64,000 nucleotides of DNA from Antedon mediterranea. Lineage: Eukaryota > Animalia > Echinodermata. The translations under genes and the position numbers were made by a program. The DNA lies in NCBI RefSeq assembly GCF_964355755.1, contig NC_092676.1, forward strand, positions 12,448,771 to 12,512,770. Direction: 5' to 3'. Under the pieces are notes generated by a model. It did not search any database. It was not told the DNA's origin and saw only the letters and a list, made by a program, of their open reading frames with translations. Below are positions 27,671 to 42,600 of the stretch, piece by piece; within the stretch, counting starts at the first letter, position 1, and each line of letters opens with the position of its first letter.

Positions 27671-30600
27671 ACCGTTTTAGACCATTTTGAGCATTTCGAT
27701 AAAACTTTTCACACAAAAACATCAAAGTGTACAAAATAGCTTCAAATCGCATTTGGAGACGTTTTAGACCATTTTGTGCATTTCGATGAAACTTGGTTAC
27801 ACAAAAACATCAAAGTGCTTAAAATCACATTTGAAACCGTTTTAGAGCATTTTTAGCATTTCGATAATACTTTTCACACAAAACATCAAAGTGTACAAAA
27901 TAGCTTCAAATCGCATTTGGAGACGTTTTAGACCATTTTGTGCATTTCGATGAAACTTGGTTACACAAAAACATCAAAGTGCTTAAAATCACATTTGAAA
28001 CCGTTTTAGACCATTTTGAGCATTTCGATAAAACTTTTCACACAAAAAAATCAAAGTGCACAAAATAGCTTCAAATCGCATTTGGGGACGTTTTAGACTA
28101 TTTTGTGCATTTCGAAAAAAATTGTTAACATAAAAAGACCAAAGTGTTTAGAATATCTCCAAATCGCATTTGGAGACGTTTTAAACCATTTTGTGCATTT
28201 CGATGGAACTTGGTTACACAAAAACATCAAAGTGCTTAAAATCACATTTAAAACCGTTTTAGAGCATTTTTAGCATTTCGATAAAACTTTTCACACAAAA
28301 ACATCAAAGTGTACAAAATAGCTTCAAATCACATTTGAAACCGTTTTAGACCATTTTGAGCATTTCGATAAAACTTTTCACACAAAAACATCAAAGTGTA
28401 CAAAATAGCTTCAAATCGCATTTGGAGACGTTTTAGACCATTTTGTGCATTTCGATGAAACTTGGTTACACAAAAACATCAAAGTGCTTAAAATCACATT
28501 TGAAACCGTTTTAGAGCATTTTTAGCATTTCGATAAATACTTTTCACACAAAAACATCAAGGTGTACAAAATAGCTTCAAATCGCATTTGGAGACGTTTT
28601 AGACCATTTTGTGCATTTCGATGAAACTTGGTTACAAAAAAACATCAAAGTGCTTAAAATCACATTTGAAACCGTTTTAGACCATTTTGAGCATTTCGAT
28701 AAAACTTTTCACACAAAAACATCAAATTGCACAAAATAGCTTAATATCGTGTTTGAAAACGTTTTAGACCATTTTGAGCATGTCGATAAAACTTTTCACA
28801 CAAAAACATAAAAGTGAACAGAATAGCTTCAAATTGCATTTGGAGACCTTTTAGAGCATTTTGTGCATTTCGATAAAATGTGTTAATATAAAAAGACCAA
28901 AGTGTTTAGAATATCTTCAAATCACATTTGGAGACGTTTTAGACCATTTTTTGCATTTCGATGAAACTTGGTTACACAAAAACATCAAAGTGCTTAAAAT
29001 CACATTTAAAACCGTTTTAGAGCATTTTGAGCATTTCGATAAAACTTTTCACACAAAAACATCAAAGTGTACAAAATAGCTTCAAATCGAATTTAGAGAG
29101 GTTTTATACCATTTTGTGCATTTCGATAAAACTTTTCACACAAAAACATCAAAGTGTACAAAATAACTTCAAATCGCATTTAGAGACGTTTTAGACCATT
29201 TTGTGCATTTTGATAAAACTTTTCACACAAAAACATCAAATTGCACAAAATAGCTTAATACCGTGTTTGAAATCGTTTTAAACCATTTTGAGCATGTCGA
29301 TAAAACTTTTCACAAAAAAACATCAAAGTGCACCGAATAGCTTCAAATCGCATTTGGAGACGTTTTAAACCATTTTGTGCATTTCGATGAAACTTGGTTA
29401 CACAAAAACATCAAAGTGCTTAAAATCACATTTGAAACCGTTTTAGAGCATTTTGAGCATTTCGATAAAACTTTTCACACAAAAACATCAAAGTGTACAA
29501 AATAGCTTCAAATCGCATTTAGAGACGTTTTAGACCATTTTGTGCATTTCGAAAAAATTTGTTAACATAAAAAGACCAAAGTGTTTAGAATATCTCCAAA
29601 TCGCATTTGGAGACGTTTTAGACCATTTTGTGCATTTCGATGAAACTTGGTTACACAAAAACATCAAAGTGCTTAAAATCACATTTGAAACCGTTTTAGA
29701 GCATTTTTAGCATTTCGATAATACTTTTCACACAAAAACATCAAAGTGTACAAAATAGCTTCAAATCGCATTTGGAGACGTTTTAGACCATTTTGTGCAT
29801 TTCGATGAAACTTGGTTACACAAAAACATCAAAGTGCTTAAAATCACATTTGAAACCGTTTTAGACCATTTTGAGCATTTCGATAAAACTTTTCACACAA
29901 AAAAATCAAAGTGCACAAAATAGCTTCAAATCGCATTTGGAGACGTTTTAGACTATTTTGTGCATTTTGAAAAAATTTGTTAACATAAAAAGACCAAAGT
30001 GTTTAGAATATCTCCAAATCGCATTTGGAGACGTTTTAAACCATTTTGTGCATTTCGATGGAACTTGGTTACACAAAAACATCAAAGTGCTTAAAATCAC
30101 ATTTAAAACCGTTTTAGATCATTTTGAGCATTTCGATAAAACTTTTCAGACAAAAACATCAAATTGCACAAAATAGCTTAATACCGTGTTTGAAATCGTT
30201 TTAAACCATTTTGAGCATGTCGATAAAACTTTACACAAAAAAACATCAAAGTGCACAGAATAGCTTCAAATCGCATTTGGAGACGTTTTAAACCATTTTG
30301 TGCATTTCAATAAAACTTTTCACATAAAAACAACAAAGTGTACAAAATAGCTTCAAATCGCATTTAGAGACGTTTTAGACCATTTTGGGCATTTCGATGA
30401 AACTTGGTTACACAAATACATAAAAATGCTTAAAATCACATTTCAAACCGTTTTAGAGCATTTTGAGCATTTCGATAAATCTTTTCACACAAAAACATCA
30501 AAGTGCACAAAATAGCTTCAAATCGCATTTAGAGATGTTTTAGACCATTTTGTGCAATTCGATAAAACTTTTCACACAAAAACATCAAATTGCACAAAAT

Positions 30601-33600
30601 AGCTTAATATCGTGTTTGAAAACGTTTTAGACCATTTTGAGCATGTCGATAAAACTTTTCACACAAAAACATAAAAGTGAACAGAATAGCTTCAAATTGC
30701 ATTTGGAGACGTTTTAGAGCATTTTGTGCATTTCGATAAAATGTGTTAACATAAAAAGACCAAAGTGTTTAGAATATCTTCAAATCACATTTGGAGACGT
30801 TTTAGACCATTTTTTGCATTTCGATGAAACTTGGTTACACAAAAACATCAAAGTGCTTAAAATCACATTTAAAACCGTTTTAGAGCATTTTGAGCATTTC
30901 GATAAAACTTTTCACACAAAAACATCAAAGTGTACAAAATAGCTTCAAATCGCATTTAGAGAGGTTTTAGACCATTTTGTGCATTTCGATAAAACTTTTC
31001 ACACAAAAACATCAAAGTGTAAAAAATAACTTCAAATCGTATTTAGAGACGTTTTAGACCATTTTGTGCATTTTGATAAAACTTTTCACACAAAAACATC
31101 AAATTGCACAAAATAGCTTAATATCGTGTTTGAAAACGTTTTAAACCATTTTCAGCATGTCGATAAAACTTTTCACACAAAAATATCAAAGTGCACAGAA
31201 TATCTTCAAATCGCATTTAGAGACGTTTTAGACCATTTTGTGCATTTCGAAAAAATTTGTTAACATAAAAAGACCAAAGTGTTTAGAATATCTCCAAATC
31301 GCATTTGGAGACGTTTTAGACCATTTTGTGTTTTTCGAAAAAACTTTTCACACAAAAACATCAAAGTGTACAAAATTCCTTCAAATCGCATTTAGAGATG
31401 TTTTAGACCATTTTGTGCATTTCGAAAAAATTTGTTAACATAAAAAGACCAAAGTGTTTAGAATATCTCCAAATCGCATTTGGAGACGTTTTAGACCATT
31501 TTGTGCATTTCGATGACACTTGGTTACACAAAAACATCAAAGTGCTTAAAATCACATTTAAAACCGTTTTAGAGCGTTTTGAGCATTTCGATAAACTTTT
31601 CAAACAAAAACATCAAAGTGTACAAAATAGCTTCAAATCGTATTTGGAGACGTTTTAGACCATTTTGTGCGTTTCGATGAATCTTGGTTACACAAAAACA
31701 TCAAAGTGCTTAAAATCAAATTTAAAACCGTTTTAGTGCATTTTGAGCATTTCGATAAAACTTTTCACACAAAAACATCAAAGTGCACAAAATAGCTTCA
31801 AATCGCATTTAGAGATGTTTTAGACCATTTTGTGCGTTTCGATAAAACTTTTCACACAAAAACATCAAATTGCACAAAATAGCTTAATATCGTGTTTGAA
31901 AACGTTTTAGACCATTTTGAGCATGTCGATAAAACTTTTCACACAAAAACATCAAAGTTTACAAAATAGCTTCAAATCACATTTGGAGACGTTTTAAACC
32001 ATTTTGTGCATTTCGAAAAAAACTTTTTAACATAAAAACACCAAAGTGCTTAGAATAGCTTCAAATCGCATTTGGAGACGTTTTAGACCATTTTGTGCAT
32101 TTCGATGAAACTTGGTTACACAAAAACATCAAAGTGCTTAAAATCACATTTGAAACCGTTTTAGAGCATTTTGAGCATTTCGATAAAACTTTTCACACAA
32201 AAACATCAAAGTTTACAAAATAGCTTCAAATCACATTTGAAACCGTTTTAGACCATTTTGAGCATTTCGATAAAACTTTTCACACAAAAACATCAAAGTG
32301 TACAAAATAGCTTCAAATCGCATTTGGAGACGTTTTAGACCATTTTGTGCATTTCGATGAAACTTGGTTACACAAAAACATCAAAGTGCTTAAAATCACA
32401 TTTGAAACCGTTTTAGACCATTTTGAGCGTTTCGATAAAACTTTTCACACAAATAAATCAGAGTGCACAAAATAGCTTCAAATCGCATTTGGAGACGTTT
32501 TAGACTATTTTGTGCATTTCGAAAAAATTTGTTAACATAAAAAGACCAAAGTGTTTAGAATATCTCCAAATCGCATTTGGAGACGTTTTAAACCATTTTG
32601 TGCATTTCGATGGAACTTGGTTACACAAAAACATCAAAGTGCTTAAAATCACATTTAAAACCGTTTTAGAGCATTTTGAGCATTTCGATAAAACTTTTCA
32701 CACAAAAACATCAAAGTGTACAAAATAGCTTCAAATCGCATTTAGAGACGTTTTAGACCATTTTGTGCATTTTGATAAAACTTTTCACACAAAAACATCA
32801 AATTGCACAAAATAGCTTAATATTGTGTTTGAAAACGTTTTAAACCATTTTGAGCATGTCGATAAAACTTTTCACACAAAAATATCAAAGTGCCCAGAAT
32901 ATCTTCAAATCGCATTTAGAGACGTTTTAGACCATTTTGTGCATTTCGAAAAAATTTGTTAACATAAAAAGACCAAAGTGTTTAGATTATCTCCAAATCG
33001 CATTTGGAGACGTTTTAGACCATTTTGTGTTTTTCGAAAAAACTTTTCACACAAAAACATCAAAGTGTACAAAATTGCTTCAAATCGCATTTAGAGAGGT
33101 TTTAGACCATTTTGTGCATTTCGATAAAACTTTTCACACAAAAACATCAAAGTGCACAGAATATCTTAATACCGTGTCTGAAATCGTTTTAAACCATTTT
33201 GAGCATGTCGATAAAACTTTTCACACAAAAACATCAAAGTGCACAGAATATCTTCAAATCGCATTTAGAGACGTTTTAGACCATTTTGTGCATTTCGAAA
33301 AAATTTGTTAACATAAAAAGACCAAAGTGTTTAGAATATCTCCAAATCGCATTTGGAGACGTTTTAGACCATTTTGTGCATTTCGATGAAACTTGGTTAC
33401 ACAAAAACATCAAAGTGCTTAAAATCACATTTGAAACCGTTTTAGAGCATTTTGAGCATTTCGATAAAACTTTTCACATAAAAACATCAAAGTGTACAAA
33501 ATAGCTTCAAATCACATTTGAAACCGTTTTAGACCATTTTGAGCATTTCGATAAAACTTTTCACACAAAAACATCAAAGTGTACAGAATAGACCAATTTG

Positions 33601-36600
33601 TGCATTTCGATGAAACTTGGTTACACAAAAACATCAAAGTGCTTAAAATCACATTTGAAACCGTTTTAGAGCATTTTTAACATTTCGATAATACTTTTCA
33701 CACAAAAACATCAAAGTGTACAAAATAGCTTCAAATCGCATTTGGAGACGTTTTAGACCATTTTGTGCATTTCGATGAAACTTGGTTACACAAAAACATC
33801 AAAGTGCTTAAAATCACATTTGAAACCGTTTTAGAGCATTTTGAGCATTTCGATAAAACTTTTCACACAAAAAAATCAAAGTGCACAAAATAGCTTCAAA
33901 TCGCATTTGGAGAGGTTTTAGACCATTTTGTGCATTTCGATAAAACTTTTCACACAAAAACATCAAAGTGTACAAAATAGCTTCAAATCGCATTTAGAGA
34001 CGTTTTAGACCATTTTGTGCATTTCGATGAAACTTGGTTACACAAAAACATCAAAGTGCTTAAAATCACATTTAAAACCGTTTTAGAGCGTTTTGAGCAT
34101 TTCGATAAACTTTTTACACAAAAACATCAAAGTGCACAAAATAGCTTCAAATCGCATTTAGGGATGTTTTAGACCATTTTGTGCATTTCGATAAAACTTT
34201 TCACACAAAAACATCAAATTGCACAAAATAGCTTAATACCGTGTTTGAAATCATTTTAAACCATTTTGAGCATGTCGATAAAACTTTTCACACAAAAACA
34301 TCAAAGTGCACAGAAACCGTTTTAGACCATTTTGAGCATTTCGATAAAACTTTTCACACAAAAACATCAAAGTGTACAAAATAGCTTCAAATCGCATTTG
34401 GAGACGTTTTAGACCATTTTGTGCATTTCGATGAAACTTGGTTATACAAAAACATCAAAGTGCTTAAAATCACATTTAAAACCGTTTCAGAGCATTTTTA
34501 GCATTTCGATAAAACTTTTCACACAAAAACATCAAAGTGTACAAAATAGCTTCAAATCGCATTTAGAGAGGTTTTAGACAATTTTGTGCATTTCGATAAA
34601 ACTTTTCACACAAAAACATCAAAGTGTACAAAATAGCTTCAAATTGCATTTAGAGACGTTTTAGACCATTTTGTGCATTTCGATAAAACTTTTCACACAA
34701 AAACATCAAATTGCACAAAATCGTTTTAAACCATTTTAAATCGTTTTAAACCATTTTGAGCATGTCGATAAAACTTTTCACAAAAAACATCAAAGTGCAC
34801 AGAATAGCTTCAAATTGCATTTGGAGACGTTTTAGAGCATTTTGTGCATTTCGATAAAATGTGTTAACATAAAAAGACCAAAGTGTTTAGAATATCTTCA
34901 AATCACATTTGGAGACGTTTTAGACCATTTTTTGCATTTCGATGAAACTTGGTTACACAAAAACATCAAAGTGCTTAAAATCACATTTGAAACCGTTTTA
35001 GAGCATTTTGAGCATTTCGATAAAACTTTTCACACAAAAACATCAAAGTGTACAAAATAGCTTCAAATCGCATTTAGAGACGTTTTAGACCATTTTTTGC
35101 ATTTCGATGAAACTTGGTTACACAAAAACATCAAAGTGCTTAAAATCACATTTAAAACCGTTTTAGAGCATTTTTAGTATTTCGATAAAACTTTTCACAC
35201 AAAAACATCAAAGTGTACAAAATAGCTTCAAATCGCATTTAGAGAGGTTTTAGACAATTTTGTGCATTTCGATAAAACTTCTCACACAAAAACATCAAAG
35301 TGTACAAAATAGCTTCAAATTGCATTTAGAGACGTTTTAGACCATTTTGTGCATTTCGATAAAACTTTTCACACAAAAACATCAAATTGCACAAAATCGT
35401 TTTAAACCATTTTAAATCGTTTTAAACCATTTTGAGCATTTCGATAAAACTTTTCACAAAAAACATCAAAGTGTTTAGAATATCTTCAAATCACATTTGG
35501 AGACGTTTTAGACCATTTTTTGCATTTCGATGAAACTTGGTTACACAAAAACATCAAAGTGCTTAAAATCACATTTGAAACCGTTTTAGAGCATTTTGAG
35601 CATTTCGATAAAACTTTTCACACAAAAACATCAAAGTGTACAAAATAGCTTCAAATCGCATTTAGAGACGTTTTAGACCATTTTGTGCATTTCGAAAAAA
35701 TTTGTTAACATAAAAAGACCAAAGTGTTTAGAATATCTCCAAATCGCATTTGGAGACGTTTTAGACCATTTTGTGCATTTCGATGAAACTTGGTTACACA
35801 AAAACATCAAAGTGCTTAAAATCACATTTGAAACCGTTTTAGAGCATTTTTAGCATTTCGATAATACTTTTCACACAAAAACATCAGTGTACAAAATAGC
35901 TTCAAATCGCATTTGGAGACGTTTTAGACCATTTTGTGCATTTCGATGAAACTTGGTTACACAAAAACATCAAAGTGCTTAAAATCACATTTGAAACCGT
36001 TTTAGACCATTTTGAGCATTTCGATAAAACTTTTCACACAAAAAAATCAAAGTGCACAAAATAGCTTCAAATCGCATTTGGAGACGTTTTAGACTATTTT
36101 GTGCATTTTGAAAAAATTTGTTAACATAAAAAGACCAAAGTGTTTAGAATATCTCCAAATCGCATTTGGAGACGTTTTAAACCATTTTGTGCATTTCGAT
36201 GGAACTTGGTTACACAAAAACATCAAAGTGCTTAAAATCACATTTAAAACCGTTTTAGAGCATTTTGAGCATTTCGATAAAACTTTTCACACAAAAACAT
36301 CAAAGTGTACAAAATAGCTTCAAATCGCATTTAGAGACGTTTTAGACCATTTTGTGCATTTCGATAAAACTTTTCACACAAAAACATCAAATTGCACAAA
36401 TAGCTTAATACCGTGTTTGAAATCGTTTTAAACCATTTTGAGCATGTCGATAAAACTTTTCACAAAAAAACATCAAAGTGCACAGAATAGCTTCAAATCG
36501 CATTTGGAGACGTTTTAAACCATTTTGTACATTTCGATAAAACTTTTCACATAAAAACAACAAAGTGTACAAAATAGCTTCAAATCGCATTTGGAGACGT

Positions 36601-39600
36601 TTTAGACCATTTTGTGCATTTCGATGAAACTCATCAAAGTGCTTAAAATCACATTTGAAACCGTTTTAGAGCATTTTGAGCATTTCGATAAAACTTTTCA
36701 CACAAAAACATCAAAGTGTACAAAATAGCTTCAAATCACATTTGAAACCGTTTTAGACCATATTGAGCATTTCGATAAAACTTTTCACACAAAAACATCA
36801 AAGTGTACAAAATAGCTTCAAATCGCATTTGGAGACGTTTTAGACCATTTTGTGTATTTCGATGAAACTTGGTTACACAAAAACATCAAAGTGCTTAAAA
36901 TCACATTTGAAAGCGTTTTAGAGCATTTTTAGCATTTCGATAATACTTTTCACACAAAAACATCAAAGTGTACAAAATAGCTTCAAATCGCATTTGGAGA
37001 CGTTTTAGACCATTTTGTGCATTTCGATGAAACTTGGTTACACAAAAACATCAAAGTGCTTAAAATCACATTTAAAACAGTTTTAGAGCATTTTGAGCAT
37101 TTCGATAAAACTTTTCACACAAAAACATCAAAGTGTACAAAATAGCTTCAAATCGCATTTAAAGAGGTTTTAGACCATTTTGTGCATTTCGATAAAACTT
37201 TTCACACAAAAACATCAAAGTGTACAAAATAGCTTCAAATCGCATTTAGAGACGTTTTAGACCATCTTGTGCATTTCGATAAAACTTTTCACACAAAAAC
37301 ATCAAATTGCACAAAATAGCTAAATATCGTGTTTGAAAACGTTTTAAACCATTTTGAGCATGTCGATAAAACTTTTCACACAAAAATATCAAAGTGCACA
37401 GAATATCTTCAAATCGCATTTAGAGACGTTTTAGACCATTTTGTGCATTTCGAAAAAATTTGTTAACATAAAAAGACCAAAGTGTTTAGAATATCTCCAA
37501 ATCGCATTTGGAGACGTTTTAGGCCATTTTGTGTTTTTCGAAAAAACTTTTCACACAAAAACATCAAAGTGTACAAAATTGCTTCAAATCGCATTTGGAG
37601 ACGTTTTAGACCATTTTGTGATTTTCGAAAAACTTTTCACACAAAAACATCAAAGTGTAGAAAATTGCTTCAAATCGCATTTAGAGACGTTTTAGACCAT
37701 TTTGTGCATTTCGAAAAAATTTGTTAACATAAAAAGACCAAAGTGTTTAGAATATTTCCAAATCGCATTTGGAGACGTTTTAGACCATTTTGTGCATTTC
37801 GATGAAACTTGGTTACACAAAAACATCAAAGTGCTTAAAATCACATTTAAAACAGTTTTAGAGCGTTTTGAGCATTTCGATAAACTTTTCACACAAAAAC
37901 ATCAAAGTGCACAAAATAGCATTTAGAGATGTTTTAGACCATTTTGTGCATTTCGATAAAACTTTTCACACAAAAACATCAAATTGCACAAAAAAGCTTA
38001 ATACCGTGTTTGAAATCGTTTTAAACCAATTTGAGCATGTCGATAAAACTTTTCACACAAAAAAATCAAAGTGCACAGAATATCTTCAAATCGCATTTAG
38101 AGACGTTTTAGACCATTTTGTGCATTTCGAAAAAATTTGTTAACATAAAAAGACCAAAGTGTTTAGAATATCTCCAAATCGCATTTGGAGACGTTTTAAA
38201 CCATTTTGTGCATTTCGATGGAACTTGGTTACACAAAAACATCAAAGTGCTTAAAATCACATTTGAAAGCGTTTTAGAGCATTTTTAGCATTTCGATAAT
38301 ACTTTTCACACAAAAACATCAAAGTGTACAGAATAGCTTCAAATCGCATTTGGAGACGTTTTAGACCATTTTGTGCATTTCGATGAAACTTGGTTACACA
38401 AAAACATCAAAGTGCTTAAAATCACATTTGAAACCGTTTTAGAGCATTTTTAACATTTCGATAATACTTTTCACACAAAAACATCAAAGTGTACAAAATA
38501 GCTTCAAATCGCATTTGGAGACGTTTTAGACCATTTTGTGCATTTCGATGAAACTTGGTTACACAAAAACATCAAAGTGCTTAAAATCACATTTGAAAGC
38601 GTTTTAGAGCATTTTTAGCATTTCGATAATACTTTTCACACAAAAACATCAAAGTGCACAAAATAGCTTCAAATCGCATTTAGAGATGTTTTAGACCATT
38701 TTGTGCATTTCGATAAAACTTTTCACACAAAAACATCAAATTGCACAAAATAGCTTAATACCGTGTTTGAAATCATTTTAAACCATTTTGAGCATGTCGA
38801 TAAAACTTTTCACACAAAAACATCAAAGTTTTTAGAATATCTCCAAATCGCATTTGGAGACGTTTTAGACCATTTTGTGCATTTCGATGAAACTTGGTTA
38901 CACAAAAACATCAAAGTGCTTAAAATCACATTTGAAACCGTTTTAGAGCATTTTGAGCATTTCGATAAAACTTTTCAAACAAAAACATCAAAGTGTACAA
39001 AATAGCTTCAAATCACATTTGAAACCGTTTTAGACCATTTTGAGCATTTCGATAAAACTTTTCACACAAAAACATCAAAGTGTACAAAATAGCTTCAAAT
39101 CGCATTTGGAGACGTTTTAGACCATTTTGTGCATTTCGATGAAACTTGGTTACACAAAAACATCAAAGTGCTTAAAATCACATTTGAAACCGTTTTAAAC
39201 CATTTTGAGCATTTCGATAATACTTTTCACACAAAACATCAAAGTGTACAAAATAGCTTCAAATCGCATTTGGAGACGTTTTAGACCATTTTGTGCATTT
39301 CGATGAAACTTGGTTACACAAAAACATCAAAGTGCTTAAAATCACATTTGAAACCGTTTTAGACCATTTTGAGCATTTCGATAAAACTTTTCACACAAAA
39401 AAATCAAAGTGCACAAAATAGCTTCAAATCGCATTTGGGGACGTTTTAGACTATTTTGTGCATTTCGAAAAAAATTGTTAACATAAAAAGACCAAAGTGT
39501 TTAGAATATCTCCAAATCGCATTTGGAGACGTTTTAAACCATTTTGTGCATTTCGATGGAACTTGGTTACACAAAAACATCAAAGTGCTTAAAATCACAT

Positions 39601-42600
39601 TTAAAACCGTTTTAGAGCATTTTTAGCATTTCGATAAAACTTTTCACACAAAAACATCAAAGTGTACAAAATAGCTTCAAATCGCATTTAGAGAGGTTTT
39701 AGACAATTTTGTGCATTTCGATAAAACTTTTCACACAAAAACATCAAAGTGTACAAAATAGCTTCAAATTGCATTTAGAGACGTTTTAGACCATTTTGTG
39801 CATTTCGATAAAACTTTTCACACAAAAACATCAAATTGCACAAAATCGTTTTAAACCATTTTAAATCGTTTTAAACCATTTTGAGCATTTCGATAAAACT
39901 TTTCACAAAAAACATCAAAGTGCACAGAATAGCTTCAAATTGCATTTGGAGACGTTTTAGAGCATTTTGTGCATTTCGATAAAATGTGTTAACATAAAAA
40001 GACCAAAGTGTTTAGAATATCTTCAAATCACATTTGGAGACGTTTTAGACCATTTTGTGCATTTCGATGAAACTTGGTTACACAAAAACATCAAAGTGCT
40101 TAAAATCACATTTGAAACCGTTTTAGAGCATTTTTAGCATTTCGATAAAACTTTTCACACAAAAACATCAAAGTGTACAAAATAGCTTCAAATCGCATTT
40201 AGAGACGTTTTAGACCATTTTGTGCATTTCGAAAAAATTTGTTAACATAAAAAGACCAAAGTGTTTAGAATATCTCCAAATCGCATTTGGAGACGTTTTA
40301 GACCATTTTGTGCATTTCGATGAAACTTGGTTACACAAAAACATCAAAGTGCTTAAAATCACATTTGAAACCGTTTTAGAGCATTTTTAGCATTTCGATA
40401 ATACTTTTCACACAAAAACATCAAAGTGTACAAAATAGCTTCAAATCGCATTTGGAGACGTTTTAGACCATTTTGTGCATTTCGATGAAACTTGGTTACA
40501 CAAAAACATCAAAGTGCTTAAAATCACATTTGAAACCGTTTTAGACCATTTTGAGCATTTCGATAAAACTTTTCACACAAAAAAATCAAAGTGCACAAAA
40601 TAGCTTCAAATCGCATTTGGAGACGTTTTAGACTATTTTGTGCATTTTGAAAAAATTTGTTAACATAAAAAGACCAAAGTGTTTAGAATATCTCCAAATC
40701 GCATTTGGAGACGTTTTAAACCATTTTGTGCATTTCGATGGAACTTGGTTACACAAAAACATCAAAGTGCTTAAAATCACATTTAAAACCGTTTTAGAGC
40801 ATTTTGAGCATTTCGATAAAACTTTTCACACAAAAACATCAAAGTGTACAAAATAGCTTCAAATCGCATTTAGAGACGTTTTAGACCATTTTGTGCATTT
40901 CGATAAAACTTTTCACACAAAAACATCAAATTGCACAAATAGCTTAATACCGTGTTTGAAATCGTTTTAAACCATTTTGAGCATGTCGATAAAACTTTTC
41001 ACAAAAAAACATCAAAGTGCACAGAATAGCTTCAAATCGCATTTGGAGACGTTTTAAACCATTTTGTGCATTTCGATAAAACTTTTCACATAAAAACAAC
41101 AAAGTGTACAAAATAGCTTCAAATCGCATTTGGAGACGTTTTAGACCATTTTGTGTATTTCGATGAAACTCATCAAAGTGCTTAAAATCACATTTGAAAC
41201 CGTTTTAGAGCATTTTGAGCATTTCGATAAAACTTTTCACACAAAAACATCAAAGTGTACAAAATAGCTTCAAATCACATTTGAAACCGTTTTAGACCAT
41301 ATTGAGCATTTCGATAAAACTTTTCACACAAAAAAATCAAAGTGTACAAAATAGCTTCAAATCGCATTTGGAGACGTTTTAGACCATTTTGTGTATTTCG
41401 ATGAAACTTGGTTACACAAAAACATCAAAGTGCTTAAAATCACATTTGAAAGCGTTTTAGAGCATTTTTAGCATTTCGATAATACTTTTCACACAAAAAC
41501 ATCAAAGTGTACAAAATAGCTTCAAATCGCATTTGGAGACGTTTTAGACCATTTTGTGCATTTCGATGAAACTTGGTTACACAAAAACATCAAAGTGCTT
41601 AAAATCACATTTAAAACAGTTTTAGAGCATTTTGAGCATTTCGATAAAACTTTTCACACAAAAACATCAAAGTGTACAAAATAGCTTCAAATCGCATTTA
41701 GAGACGTTTTAGACCATTTTGTGCATTTCGAAAAAATTTGTTAACATAAAAAGACCAAAGTGTTTAGAATATCTCCAAATCGCATTTGGAGACGTTTTAG
41801 ACCATTTTGTGCATTTCAATGAAACTTGGTTACACAAAAACATCAAAGTGCTTAAAATCACATTTGAAACCGTTTTAGAGCATTTTTAGCATTTCGATAA
41901 TACTTTTCACACAAAAACATCAAAGTGTACAAAATAGCTTCAAATCGCATTTAGAGAGGTTTTAGACCATTTTGTGCATTTCGATAAAACTTTTCACACA
42001 AAAACATCAAAGTGTACAAAATAGCTTCAAATCGCATTTAGAGACGTTTTAGACCATTTTGTGCATTTCGATAAAACTTTTCACACAAAAACATCAAATT
42101 GCACAAAATAGCTTAATACCGTGTTTGAAATCGTTTTAAACCATTTTGAGCATGTCGATAAAACTTTTCACAAAAAAACATCAAAGTGCACAGAATAGCT
42201 TCAAATCGCATTTGGAGACGTTTTAAACCATTTTGAGCATTTCGATAAAACTTTTCACACAAAAACATCAAAGTGTACAAAATAGCTTCAAATCGCATTT
42301 AGAGAGGTTTTAGACCATTTTGTGCATTTCGATAAAACTTTTCACACAAAAACATCAAATTGCACAAAATAGCTTAATATCGTGTTTGAAAACGTTTTAA
42401 ACCATTTTGAGCATGTCGATAAAACTTTTCACACAAAAATATCAAAGCGCACAGAATATCTTCAAATCGCATTTAGAGACGTTTTAGACCATTTTGTGCA
42501 TTTCGAAAAAATTTGTTAACATAAAAAGACCAAAGTGTTTAGAATATCTCCAAATCGCATTTGGAGACGTTTTAGACCATTTTGTGCATTTCGATGAAAC

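Larger units (their letters stand above)
11900..28148 (+). repeat. Large intra-array duplication, copy 1 (carries the MITE); start approximate
   Basis: Constant offset to copy 2 of 33482-33483 before the MITE and 32852 after it (e.g. ORFs 14633/47485, 20337/53189, 26581/59433). Rare variants are shared (AAAAACGC, GACCAATG, TACCTTC, CATTCCG). The match ends at 28148/61000. Confidence 0.92.
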
